DNA of 64,000 nt from Octopus vulgaris (GCA_951406725.2 OX597822.1:1612001-1676000), one strand, 5' to 3'; numbered from the stretch's first letter, positions 1-11,665 are shown. Program-made: numbers and translations. The notes: generated by a model from the letters alone, not told the origin.

Positions 1-187
1 TGATGTCGTGATCAATCCTCATTGGTTCGGCCCATCGTTTTTCGGTCAATTGTTTAGGTATAGTCACTTTAAATGGAGCATATATTATTGTAAATGATAT
101 ATAATTATAGTTATTATTAAAAAAAGACCTATTTGGGTCGTCTTCTCCGTAATTTACATCCTTCGATTTTGTTTACAAATTTAAAAA

Positions 188-254
<67 letters not shown>

Positions 255-267
255 CAATAGACAATAA

Positions 268-330
268 AGATAAAACTCTGAGTTTCGGATGCCGAAGTGG
301 AAATCCACAACACCATCTCTTCGGTTATCT
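268..330 (-). ncRNA. Type I hammerhead ribozyme-like motif (family A), left arm of palindrome
   Basis: Minus strand reads AGATAA-CCGAAGA-GATG..(GTGGATTTCCAC)..CATC-C-GAAA-CT(CAG)AG-TT-TTATCT. Stem I is AGATAA/TTATCT, the core is CCGAAGA (U4C variant) and the predicted cleavage triplet is GUU. Confidence 0.6.
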
Positions 331-334
331 GGCC

Positions 335-395
335 AGATAACCGAAGAGATGGTGTTGTGGATTTCCACTTCGGCATCCGAAACTCAGAGTTTTAT
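335..395 (+). ncRNA. Type I hammerhead ribozyme-like motif (family A), right arm of palindrome
   Basis: Exact reverse complement of 270-330, with the same core and stems on the + strand. It is followed by a T-rich tail (436-500) that recurs at 10295-10360. Confidence 0.6.
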
Positions 396-496
396 ATTTC
401 CTATTGAATAATTGTCACATATTATTTTACAGATAAATTCCTCTATTTACATAATATTGAGGTCTCTTTCTTTCTTTTGTTATCTTACCGTTTTTA

Positions 497-554
<58 letters not shown>

Positions 555-558
555 GGGG

Positions 559-591
<33 letters not shown>

Positions 592-659
592 TATGTATAT
601 ATGTATATATGTATATATATACATATATACATATATACATATCTATCTATATATCTTTG

Positions 660-741
660 AACATCACCCAATACAGGAATCGAAACCACTATCTTACGAC
701 CATCAGTGCAACGACCTAACCACTAAGAATACGTTCCTCCA
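660..741 (-). mobile_element. tRNA-derived SINE head fragment
   Basis: Minus strand GTGGAGG..TAGTGGTTAGG..GGTTTCGATTCC contains Pol III A/B-box-like motifs; related to 11521-11680. Confidence 0.55.
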
Positions 742-1213
742 CAGAATGCGTTCTAAAAGTCCGTAAGCTACAATACATCAAATCTATGCACAGCAGGTGC
801 ATTAGCTGCACTAACTGCACCAGAAGCACCTGTTGTATCACACCTCCACTTATGTTATCAAATTAATTTCACAACCGTTAAACACTGCCTACTTATCTCT
901 CATTATTAGAAAAAAGATGGCAACCATTTAGAGGAAATTTATAAATTCCCTCGGAGTATTCGGTTTCGTTTTGGCATCGTTAGAAAGGTGTCACCTGCCC
1001 ATCACATCCGCCTACACACTGTCTAGTTCGATTCTATTTTATTTATTTATTTATTTTTTTTTTTACAAATGACGGGTATATAATTCGTTCACTAATAATT
1101 TAACAATCACACATGTGCGTATTTCTCCCTCCCTTTGGCTCTTTCCCTGACACCTCTGGCGTTTTCGCAATGATCTCTGCTGCTATGATACCGATGCTTA
1201 CCTAATTGTCTCA

Positions 1214-1581
1214 GGCGCAGGAGTAGCTTGCTTACCAACCACATGGTTCTGTATTCATTCCCACTGCATGGCATGTTGGGCAAGTGTCTTCTACTATAGC
1301 CACGGGCCGACCAAAGCCTTGTGAGTGGATTTGGGAGACGGAAACTGAAAGAAGCCCGTCGTATATATGTATATATATATATATGTTTGTGTGTGTGTAT
1401 ATATTTGTGTGTCTGTGTTTGTCCCTCCAACATCGCTTGACAATCGATGCTGGTGTGTTTACGTCCCCGTATCCTAGCGGTTCGGCAAAAGAGACCAATA
1501 GAATAAGTACTAGGCTACCAAAGGCGGTGCTCCAGCATGGCCGCAGTCAAATGACTGAAACAAGTAAAAGAGTAAAAGAGT
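1214..1581 (+). mobile_element. Octopus OR-type (CORE-like) tRNA-derived SINE, internally deleted
   Basis: GGCGCAGGAG head, TTGGGCAAGTGTCTT, CCTTGTGAGTGGATTTGG, internal microsatellite and (GTAAAAGA)n tail; matches copies at 23809-24222 and 55980-56376. Confidence 0.85.
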
Positions 1582-1908
1582 CTATTCTTCCTTTCGCCAC
1601 TATTGTGTAGCTTCTCCCAGATCCTGCATCAGAACAATGAAAATACTTCCTGTAGGTATTTGTTTGCATGTAGAATTTTTCTTTTTCTCACTGGTATTCG
1701 CCCAACAGACACTAGTCAACAGATGTTTAAAACAATTGTCAACTGCACTAATTTTATAACTCTGGGATTCAGTGCAAGCCTTATGGGTACCGCTAATCCT
1801 GTTTCCGACAAAGTTCTAAAAAAGACGTAGAACAGAAAAACAAAAACAGAGTATATTTAGATCCTTACAAATCTTACATATCTAATTTTGAAATACCACA
1901 ATATATAT

Positions 1909-2112
1909 ATTTCTTTATTGCCCACAATGGGCTAAACATAGAGGGAACAAACAAGGACAGAAAAAGGGATTAAGTCGATTACATCCACCCCAGTGCGAAA
2001 CTGGTACTTAATTTATCGACCCCGAAAGGATGAAAGGCAAAGTCGACCTCGGGGGAATTTGAACTCAGAACGTAACGGCAGACGAAATACAGCTACGCAT
2101 TTCACCCGGCGT
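1909..2112 (-). mobile_element. Octopus OK-type tRNA-derived SINE, 5'-truncated
   Basis: Reverse complement of the 8051-8280 family, including GAGTTCAAATT..GACTTTGCCTTTCATCCTTTCGGGGTCGATAAA. Confidence 0.85.
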
Positions 2113-2633
2113 CGCTGCAGTGCGTTGAACCAGTAAAATAAGTATCAGTCATCTTTATTTATCAGACGTTACTCGTGAACGAGTGTGGTTGTCAATATTT
2201 ACTATGCTTTCGCTAATTGTTTTTGGCGCCTTATGTAGTCGCGAGCAGAGAGAGACAGTTTCGATCTTCCTATCCTTTGGGCCAGCGATGCTTCAAAGCT
2301 GTATCAGCTGGAAGGGAGAGAGAGAGAGAGAGAGATTGGCACAGGTTGACTTTGAACTTTGCTGTGCATGCGCACTAAGTTTTAACGTTCCAGCAGTGCT
2401 TGGAAGGAAGGTGTGTAGCGTGTGATCGTCGCATTAACCATGACGGACAAAGTTTTCATGGCGATACCTGCTAAGTGGCCTAGGCAAAAATTGCAAAAAG
2501 TGTATGGAGAGGGGTGCATGAGCCGCACACAAGTGTATTTTTGCAGTTGTTTGATAAAACAGACATAGACTTGCCCAAATGCATCATATAAGTTAACATT
2601 GATATTTTTTCACTGTTGTTACAATCATCTGAA

Positions 2634-3641
2634 ATGGATCTGAAAGATATTCGAGTAATTTTCAAACTTTAAAGATAGATGTAAAGCAGCTGAAACTGCT
2701 CGCGATATCAACGAAACGTTTGGTGAAGAAATGACCAGTGAGTGGTCAACTCGAAAATGGTTTAAGCGATTTTGCAGTGGAGATCTGAGCCTAGAAGATC
2801 GTGTGCGTAGTGGATGTCCATCTGTCATCGATGACGGTCAATTAAAGACCGTCATTGAGAAAGATCCACGTAAAGCCACCCGAGAACTGGCAAAAGAATT
2901 TCAAGTTAACCAGAAAACTGCCTGCCACCATTTGCATGCGATCGGAAAATCAAAACATCTGGACAAATGGGTACCACAAGATTTGAATGAAAATCAGAAA
3001 ATGCGCAAAAAAGGACATTTGGCCGTCGTTTCTTCTGAGTAACTAGATCGATCGTATTGTAACTTGCGATGAAAAGTAGATTCTGCACAATAAAAAAAAA
3101 ACCTTCTTCGCAGTGGCTGGATCAAAATGAAGCACTGAAAACCTTCCCTAAACCCGAGCTCTTCAAAAACAAAGTTATGGTGACTGTTTGGTGGTGCACT
3201 ATTGGACTCATTGACTAGAACTTCTGAAAACCCGGGAAAACCATTTCTGCAGAAACATATTGCCATGAAATTGCCAAAATGAATGAAAAACTGCTCCTCC
3301 TCCGTTTTCAACTGGTCAATAGAAGAAGGCCAACCATTCTTCGTGACATTGCTCGTCCACACCTTTCACTAATGACGCACCAGAAGTTGAAGGAACTTGA
3401 CTACGAAGTTCTTACCCACCCAGATTATTTCCTAGATCTTTCTCCTACCGACTACCAATTTTTCAAACATCCTGATGGTTTCCTGCGAGAGAAGGGGTTC
3501 AAAAATGAAACCTATGCTGAAAGTGCGTTCAAAGAGTTCATCAGCTCCAGAACGCAAGGTTTTTATGTCACCGGAATAAACAAACTTGTAACTCGTTGGC
3601 AAAAATGTGTTGATTGTAATGGTACTTGCTTTGATCAATAA
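2634..3641 (+). pseudogene. Mariner (DD34D, Mos1/SETMAR-like) transposase pseudogene
   Basis: Frameshifted motifs: KAAETARDINETFG, WFKRFCSGDLSLED, WVPQDL (WVPHEL), DRIVTCDEK, KVMVTVWW, DIARPH, HPDYFLDLSPTDY (YSPDLAP) and RWQKCVDCNG. Confidence 0.95.
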
Positions 3642-4114
3642 AATTTCCGTATTGTTGAAATATATTGTAATGAATTTCATGTTTCAATTAGCAGACGTAA
3701 ACTATTGAAGACCGCTGGAGGGGTAGCTGTGTTTTTTTTTTCTTTTGACGTGTGGGGTGACTATTAGGAAGTCTGCTGTCTGAGAATAACTTCCTTGCTA
3801 TCCAAAAATCGGGGATTCTGCAAACGGGGCATAGGTACTGCATTTTTTTCTTCTCTGATTCAGCCATTAATAATATTTAGAGTGCTTTCTTTCATTTCCT
3901 GGTCTGTAAATTGTGTATAACATAGGTATAAAATTTTTAAGGCAAAGGATAGTATATTTTATCAAACCCAGTAGTTGAAAGATACTTCAACCACCCACGA
4001 AACTAATGGCTTCTTTATTTTAAAAGTAAATCCAAACTAGAAACTTATACCAAACTTTGTCGTGAAATATCTCCTATAACTTTCATTTGTTTTTCTTCTT
4101 CTTTTATCTTCTAT

Positions 4115-4300
4115 TTCATACTTATTTTCAGTCATTGAATTGTCGAAATGCTGGGGCACCGCCTAGAAGGTTTTATCAATTCAACCCTGGTTGATATTTT
4201 TCAAAATCTAGTATTTATTATACCAGTCTCTTTTTTCGAACCGTTAAGTTATTTGCCCAAGCTACGATGCAGTGGGACCGAAAGCACTTTTCTTAACCGC
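4115..4300 (-). mobile_element. Degenerate OR-type SINE fragment
   Basis: TTTCAGTCATTGA..ATGCTGGGGCACCGCC..GAACCGTTAAGTTA matches the OR-type 3' half in reverse. Confidence 0.6.
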
Positions 4301-5309
4301 ACAATTCTGTTTGACTCAGTGAACCAGCCGTGACCACCTCGTCGATTTTATGCATAGTGACTCTAACACAATCTTAATCCAATGTGTCTCTCAGCAGGTC
4401 GGTGACAATGTGATTGGAAGAAGATTTAACTTGTATTTCTAGCAGAGTGAGGTTCCCTTTCGGTGTCTCACCTTGCAGGTGATTACGGCAGGTGTAGGTG
4501 TACAAAACTTGATACGAACGGTTGTGAAAGAGACAGCAATCTTGTCAGTGGTGACAGAGACATCTACAGGTGGAATAATTTAATCACAGATTAAACTCAA
4601 CAATCTGCTGCTGCACTGGTTAACCTTATTAACCAAATCTCCACCTTCATCCCCTTCAACACACACACACACACACACATCGCCAGCACGAGCACCGACA
4701 GTACCAATATTAACAACAGCTCCACCACCGCCGCCACCAGTACCATCACCGCTATCGCCACCGCCGCCAAAACCACCACCAACAACAACAACAAGAAAAC
4801 GAAGCAAGAAAAAAACGCCCCCCGATCAGTATTTCTCTTGTCATCAAATCAGGGATTTAAAAAAAAATATTAACAAGGATTAATATCTTCGCCATACTCA
4901 CACATGCACGTATACACACCCATTCACACACGTAGATAGACATGCATACACACGTGTACACACATACACACATATTCACATACATTCATGCAGAACTAGA
5001 TTTACGTGGATAAACGCATATACATACACAAAAGCCTGAGTGAATAAAAAGTATTCGTACATCTATAAAATTCATTAACACAGTCAGGGACAAAGATAAC
5101 GCCTCTGCATGTTATTTCGACCTGCTAGAAATAGTAGCCAATTCTCTCTCAAATCACTCCAGCTTTCTTTAGAAAAGAAGGACATATTAGATTATGTGGT
5201 CCTAAATATTCGATAACTAAATATAATGATTTCCCTTTTAGTCATATGGCCAGAAGTTGAGGAGAGAATGGAACTAGTTGAGTACATAGATCCCAGTACT
5301 TGAGTTGTA

Positions 5310-5961
5310 GGATCTTTTCCTTTTGAACGGCAGTTTTCAACACAATTTCTAGTTAACTAAACACTTTTAAAATTCGTATCCTGGTAGAATGTGTCAAAAT
5401 AAAACATTTTTTTCTTTTGGCTTTCTTGAGAAAATTGTAATTTGTAAGTTTAATGTAGTTTAATTTTTCGAATTTTAACCAATCAATTAAAATTAAAATT
5501 ATTTTCCATTGCTTTCGTTTTAGCCTTTCGTCTTTTCTTCTTAATTGTTATCCTTAAAATAATTTAACAATTAAGAAAAAAAAACGAAAGCAAAAACTCA
5601 GAACAAAAACAAAACGAATAATTTTAGACACGCGTAACAATTAAATTAATTTAACAATTACGAACAAAAAAAGAAAGGCTAAATTTAGGGTTAGGGTTAG
5701 GGTGATGGTGAGGGTTGGGGTTAGGGTTAGTGACAGGATGTTGTCTCAGTTTTAGACGCAGCAAATGATTTTAGCTCACTAGAGGCCATTGATTGGTTAA
5801 AATTCGAAAAATTAAACTACGTTAAACAAATTACAATTTTCTCAAGAAAGCCAAGAGAAATAAATGTTTTATTTTGACACATTCTACTAGTATACGAAGT
5901 TTAAAAGTGTTTAGTTAACTAGAAATTGTGTTGAAAACTGCCGTTCAAAGGGAAAAGATCC
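5310..5961. mobile_element. Non-autonomous foldback DNA transposon (MITE) with ~180-bp TIRs, 8-bp TSD and internal TTAGGG repeats
   Basis: TIRs GGATCTTTTCC..AACCAATCAAT (5310-~5487) and ATTGATTGGTT..GGAAAAGATCC (~5788-5961). TSD GAGTTGTA at 5302-5309 and 5962-5969. Inserted into a decayed OK-type SINE. Confidence 0.9.
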
Positions 5962-6305
5962 GAGTTGTACTTTGTTTTATCTATCCCGAAAGGATCTTAG
6001 TAGGATCTGATCTCAGAAGGTAAAGCGTTGAAATAAATGCTGCATAAATTTTGTCTGACGCTGCAATTAGTTTATCATTCTTCGATCTCAATATGTGAGA
6101 TTTTCCAGGGATGTTTTGGAGCTAAGCACTAACATATATATTCACTCATTGTACCTTTTATTCCTGCTTTCAGTCAAAGCTTGCTAATTAGTATAGCGAC
6201 ATCTATCTATATTCCACACAAACGCTCTCTCTCCCTCTATCGCTGTATTTGTCTCTCAACAACACCAACCTCTCATTGTAGTGAAAGTATATATATATAT
6301 ATGTC

Positions 6306-6343
<38 letters not shown>

Positions 6344-6488
6344 TTATATTTAAGGGCAAAAGAAAAAAAATTCTAATGCCAAAATATGCCGAAAATGGAC
6401 ACTACATCAATAACCATGTAATATATCACTACAAGCACGTATTTCAAAGAAAGCCGACAGAAATTTCTAAAAAATTCCGTTATTACCA

Positions 6489-6542
6489 TATCGGACCCAA
6501 TTTCAGAGTTAGTTCATAAGAACCTTCTCTTCATCAGTGATA
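6489..6542 (-). ncRNA. Decayed hammerhead ribozyme-like motif (family B)
   Basis: Minus strand TATCA-CTGATGA-AGAG(AAG GTTC TTAT GAAC TAA)CTCT-GAAA-TTGG-GTC-CGATA. Canonical core and good stem II; stems I and III are imperfect. Confidence 0.5.
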
Positions 6543-6708
6543 AATGCGGTAAAGAAATAAGTGAAATACTTACTCATACCCATGGAAGAAGCGAGCACTA
6601 AGCCACTAGCACAATTAAGTACCCCAAATATATCCAAAATAGAAATTCTCTAGCACACCTCGAGACACGTACGATTCGAACCGAAAAACTCTCGTAAAGT
6701 GAGAGAGT

Positions 6709-6843
6709 CCGGAAGTGAACACTATTAAATTAACATCTAATATAGGATAGAATTTTTCGAAAAAAATTCTATCAATGGCCAGCATATTAAAAAATACCTT
6801 TAATACCTATATTAGATGTTAATTTAATAGTGTTCACTTCCGG
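6709..6843. repeat. 38-bp perfect inverted repeat enclosing a second hairpin
   Basis: 6709-6746 is the exact reverse complement of 6806-6843. Inner hairpin GATAGAATTTTT/AAAAATTCTATC at 6746-6773. Confidence 0.9.
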
Positions 6844-6844
6844 G

Positions 6845-7481
6845 CCTACGCGAGATGCACCCAGAGCGATGAAACCGTTCTGCATGCTCTGGTCCAGTAC
6901 CCGAGTATTGCTGACCTGTGGGTTTATGTCGAACACCTGCTGTCGCGTGTGGCACGGATCCGGCCATCAGCTGAATCCATTGTGAGTTTTACCCTGCCAC
7001 CCTCTTTTGGCCGGGAGGGGCAAGCAACTTTTGTTTGTCTAATGGCTCTAGCGAACGAGGTAGTATGATAGACCCATTTGAAAGGGCTAAAGACAGACAC
7101 TTTCCTATTTGGCCCAGCCCCCATCAACTTTTTCAAGTTACACTTGAAAAGGAAGTTGAGGGTGTAGAGGAAGTGTTGCCTTGTAGCAAATTTGCTGAAA
7201 GGTGGGTGAATGTTGGAAGAATGGCCAGTGTGAAACGACCAATTCTGAGCGTGCACCTGTAAACAAAAGAAGGGCTCTTGCCCTGTTTTTCAGGGACCCG
7301 TGGCTTTTGTGGGGCTTTCCACGAGGTCCTTAAAGCGCCTCCCCTATAGGAAATTTTAAATTGTGTAATCTTAATTGTTGTTTATACGTGGAAAACCCAT
7401 TGTATCGTCCTCTTTTTGTCTTTTATGTTGTTGTTTGTCTTTTAATGTAATTTTATGTGAGCCCTTAAGACCAATAAAAGA

Positions 7482-7538
<57 letters not shown>
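6845..7538 (+). mobile_element. 3' end of Tx1/L1-clade LINE with (ATT)n tail
   Basis: Translates RCTQSDETVLHALVQYPSIADLWVYVEHLL (CCHC zinc-knuckle remnant) and FAERWVNVGRM. It is followed by a T-rich 3'UTR, AATAAA near 7473 and an (ATT)n tail. Confidence 0.75.
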
Positions 7539-7542
<4 letters not shown>

Positions 7543-7637
7543 TTATAATATTTAGCGTCATATCTCGACATTAATTTGCATTTTTATGGACCACGTCCAA
7601 TATTCGTGGTTTTTCACTATTCGCAAATACTGGGGGA

Positions 7638-7685
<48 letters not shown>

Positions 7686-7835
7686 GGGAGAGTTTACGAA
7701 AAAACGAAAGACGAAGACAGGTGGCGTACAAAACAAACAGATGTATGAGTATAACGCTCAGGAATAGAAAAAGTCTTTCACGTTTCGAGCCTACGCTCTT
7801 CTACAGAAATGGACACAGAAAAAACAAGGAGAGAA

Positions 7836-7836
<1 letters not shown>
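7686..7836 (-). mobile_element. Short (TA)n-embedded repeat carrying HHR-like motif (family C)
   Basis: Near-identical to 9478-9658, 17489-17657, 23138-23308 and 49017-49195. Minus strand TTT-CTGTAGAA-GAGC(GTAG)GCTC-GAAA-CG-TG-AAAG. Confidence 0.75.
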
Positions 7837-7899
<63 letters not shown>

Positions 7900-7922
7900 A
7901 TATATATATATATATATATACA

Positions 7923-8002
<80 letters not shown>

Positions 8003-8050
8003 TGTATGTATGTATGTATGTATGTATGTATGTATAATATATATATAAAA

Positions 8051-8280
8051 GGCGGCGCCCTGGCAGAAACGTTAGCGCGCAGGGCGAAATGCTTAGCGGT
8101 ATTTCCTCTGTCGTTACGTTCTGAGTTCAAATTCCGCCAAGGTCGACTTTGCCTTTCATCCTTTCGGGGTCGATAAATAAAGTACCAGTTTTGCACAGGG
8201 GTCGATGTAATCGACTTAATCCCTTTGTCTGTCCTTGTTTGTCCCCTCTATGTTTAGCCCCTTGTGGGTAGTAAAGAAAT
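8051..8280 (+). mobile_element. Octopus OK-type tRNA-derived SINE, full length
   Basis: GGCGGC..CTGGCAGAAACGTTAGC head, B-box-like GAGTTCAAATTCC, central CCTTTCATCCTTTCGGGGTCGATAAA and tail TAAAGAAAT. Confidence 0.9.
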
Positions 8281-8374
8281 ATATATATATAATAGGGGTA
8301 AAATTAATTAATTAATTAATAATTAATAATTCCACCAAGTAGTGATTCGGTATGTAAAAGACCGTTATATATAT

Positions 8375-8552
8375 ATGAAGTTAAATATATTCCTGGTTAT
8401 TGAGTGACCAATGGTTTCGCATCCATAAAGAGCTTAACTTTATAGACACGCCTGTCCAGACCGCAAAGGTTGACGAGTCATCTTTAAAGCTAAGCGCTCT
8501 ATGGATGCGAAACCATTGGTCATTCTATGACCGGACATATATTTAACTTCAT
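8375..8552. mobile_element. Imperfect palindrome of two decayed HHR-like motifs (family D)
   Basis: Arms 8375-~8460 and ~8467-8552 are inverted. Plus arm reads GGT-TGACGA-G(T)CATCTTTAAAG..CTCTATGGATGC-GAAA-CC(ATT)GG-TC. Confidence 0.6.
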
Positions 8553-8634
8553 GTAAATACATTACTGCTCTAGCTTTTAGAGTATGCTTCTTTTCCGGAT
8601 ATATGATCCACTGATGATATCGATAGATAGGTAG

Positions 8635-8652
<18 letters not shown>

Positions 8653-8718
<66 letters not shown>
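8653..8718. repeat. (AG)n microsatellite preceded by (GATA)n
   Basis: Directly visible. Confidence 0.95.
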
Positions 8719-8723
<5 letters not shown>

Positions 8724-9429
8724 TGAGTCTAGAATCAACAAGGAATTCGTCAATCCGGGGACACTGGCCTAGACAGTTTTCTTAGTAGGATCGAAACCGA
8801 AACCGAAACCACGTGCTGAGGAAGCAAACTTCTTAAATGTTCAGGCAGTTGATCATAAGCCTCCTCAATTAGGCCTGACCTGGAGCTAAACAACTATTGT
8901 AACTTAGGCAGTATTTAAATGTATATTAACAATATATTCCCTGAGATCCTACCATATCATCTCAGTTTAGATATACAAGCGACGTGATGGGCATTTCTGG
9001 AACACCTTTGATTATAGACCTATTGAATTAAAACACTGATTTGTGGTTATAGAAACAATAGCCCATAATAAGAGTGATAACTAATAAACAGTCATACTCA
9101 TGTACATAAACATATGAAGCCGCATTCATACGTACACCCATCTATCGTTGCTATTATATAAAAATATCGTAAATACCAAACGTTGCTTTTTCAGAAAACG
9201 AAAACACAGTTTCACCATTCCGTTTCTTTTTACATTAGCAACAGTTTCGTCTTAGCAATAATACTTCGTTGGGTGCATAAAATCCTAACTCCATGTACGT
9301 GATCTTTTCAGTCAGAAATATTGTACTACACTTTTGAAAAATACTAAACCGGTGTACTACACTTTGCCAATTTTCATATCTTGGCATCTGAAGCAGCTGG
9401 AGAGACGATAGCTTGACCAAAATTAAACA

Positions 9430-9477
<48 letters not shown>

Positions 9478-9658
9478 AGATCGTTAGCCACTACACAAAT
9501 TTTTTTCTCTCCTTGTTTTCTGTGTCCCTTTCTGCAGAAAAGCGTAGGCTCGAAACGTAAAAGACTTTTTCTATTCCTGAGTGTTATACTAATACATCTG
9601 TTTGTTTTGTACACCACCTGTCTTCGTCTTTTGTTTTTTTTTTCGTAAACTTTCCCTA
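9478..9658 (+). mobile_element. Family C (TA)n-embedded HHR-like repeat
   Basis: GTCCCTTT-CTGCAGAA-AAGC(GTAG)GCTC-GAAA-CG-TA-AAAGAC, flanked by (TA)n on both sides. Confidence 0.75.
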
Positions 9659-9828
9659 TATATATATATTGTCCATTTCCTTGGTTTTGTGTTTATGTTT
9701 TCGTTTCTCATTGTGCTCGACGTTTTTTTGGTGTCCTGTACTTATATATGCTTGTATATATACATGTTGATGTAGGTACGTACATATATATGTATGTATA
9801 TATGCATATGTTTTATTTATTAATTTGT

Positions 9829-9882
<54 letters not shown>

Positions 9883-10206
9883 TTTTGTATTTTATATTCG
9901 TGTGTCATCGTCCGTTTTTCTGTCCTTGTTTCGTATACATTCGATCATTCTTCCAAGAAATCTAATGCTCGTAGCTTAGTTTTCCTTGGGGCTGGCCGGA
10001 TCGGAGCGATCTCAAGATTAATCAGCCGAAATTGCTTGGATGATCCGGTTCTTGACTGAAGACTGAAGGCTTCGAATGTCCCGTCCGTGTTTTTTGTATC
10101 GACTTCTAAATGTTTTACGTTCTTGTCCCAGTTTGTATTTTTCTACATATAATATATGTATATATATATATATATCTATACAATATGTTACATTACTCGG
10201 TAGTCA

Positions 10207-10356
10207 AGATAAAACTCTGAGTTTCAGATGCCGAAGTGGAAATCCACAACACCATCTCTTCGGTTATCTGGCTATTTGAAAACGTTATGAAAAAAATTTC
10301 CTCTATTTACATAATATTGAGGTCTCTTTCTTTCTTTTGTTATCTTACCGTTTTAT

Positions 10357-10360
<4 letters not shown>
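10207..10360. mobile_element. Second family A locus: minus-strand HHR-like motif (10207-10269) joined to plus-strand tail
   Basis: 10207-10271 matches 268-332 with one substitution, and 10295-10360 matches 436-500. Flanked by (TA)n. Confidence 0.75.
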
Positions 10361-10398
<38 letters not shown>

Positions 10399-10468
10399 CG
10401 GGAAGCTTTATGAAAATAGACAAAAGACGAAGGCAGGTGGAACATACATACATACATACATACATACA

Positions 10469-10499
<31 letters not shown>

Positions 10500-10502
<3 letters not shown>

Positions 10503-10660
10503 CGACACACTTCTTCAAATTTCTGTCTAGCAGATCCACTCACCAGGTTTTGGTTAGCCCAAGGCTATAGTAAAAGACACTTGCGCAAAGTGCCACCCAG
10601 TGAGACTGAACTCGGAACCACAGGGATGGGAAGCAAATTTCTAACCGCACAGCCACACCT
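10500..10660 (-). mobile_element. OR-type SINE 5' half
   Basis: ATCCACTCAC..GGCTATAGTAAAAGACACTTG..ACCGCACAGCCACACCTG. Confidence 0.75.
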
Positions 10661-10710
10661 GTATCTAATAAATATAAAGATGACTACACTTTGACATAGA
10701 AACACATATT

Positions 10711-10741
<31 letters not shown>

Positions 10742-11520
10742 TTATACAACCATAGGTATACGCCAATACTCAGACACACATGTTGTTATCTTTCATGACT
10801 CGTCACTTTCCGTTTTTCTGCTCCCTATCACTTTCTCTTCCTCCTTCCGCTCATTCACCTTTCTTCTCAGCCGTCCCCACTTTTATCTCTTTCTCTCCCT
10901 TCATGAAACAGAAAGAAAAAAAAAACAACCAAAAACGAAGAGAAAAAATATCAAAACAAAGGCATCTCTCGGCCCATTGTTCGTTGCTGAAAGGACAAAG
11001 CATTGAAAAGTGGCTGCGTCACACTTGTGTAAAACTAGGGTTTATAAAGCATTAATGATTTTGTTTCAGTTTTGTTTTGTTGTTGCTTGTTTGACGATCA
11101 ATATTAGCCAGTCTCCAATGTTCACACGGTACCCTGAGCGGGTGCAGCTTCAACACTGATGAACAAACAGACAAACAACGAGACGAAATACAGAAGCTGT
11201 ATTATTTAGAAAATAGAGTAAAAAAGCATCCACCCCTATCATCACCTGATTCCATCTCCGTGAACCGTGACCTATGACTTGTCAGATGTCAGCCGTCAAC
11301 CGCTCCCTCAGCTCTGACGCGCTACCCAGCACCTGTCACATGTCCACATCAAATTACCCTACCGCCATCATTATCATTCACGTCCTCATCCACCGCCGCC
11401 GGCATCAACATCGTTTGCTCCATCACACACAGAGATTTATTTAATTAGGAATTATCGATCTTCTGTCTACCTTAAAAATTTAAAAAAAGAAAGGATTTTG
11501 CTTGTATCTTTGTCTGGATA

Positions 11521-11665
11521 GGTGGAAGTGTGAGGCCAGGTGGTTAGGGATTGCACTCACGGTCGCAAAACCGTAGTTTCGATTCCCGGTCCGGACGGTG
11601 TGTTGTGTTCTTCAACAAAACATATCATTCAACGTTGCTCCAGTTCACTCACCGGTAAATGAGCT
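11521..11665 (+). mobile_element. tRNA-derived SINE (third family), decayed
   Basis: GTGGAAG..GGTGGTTAGGG..GTTTCGATTCCC head; a related inverted copy lies at ~63240-63362. Confidence 0.6.
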
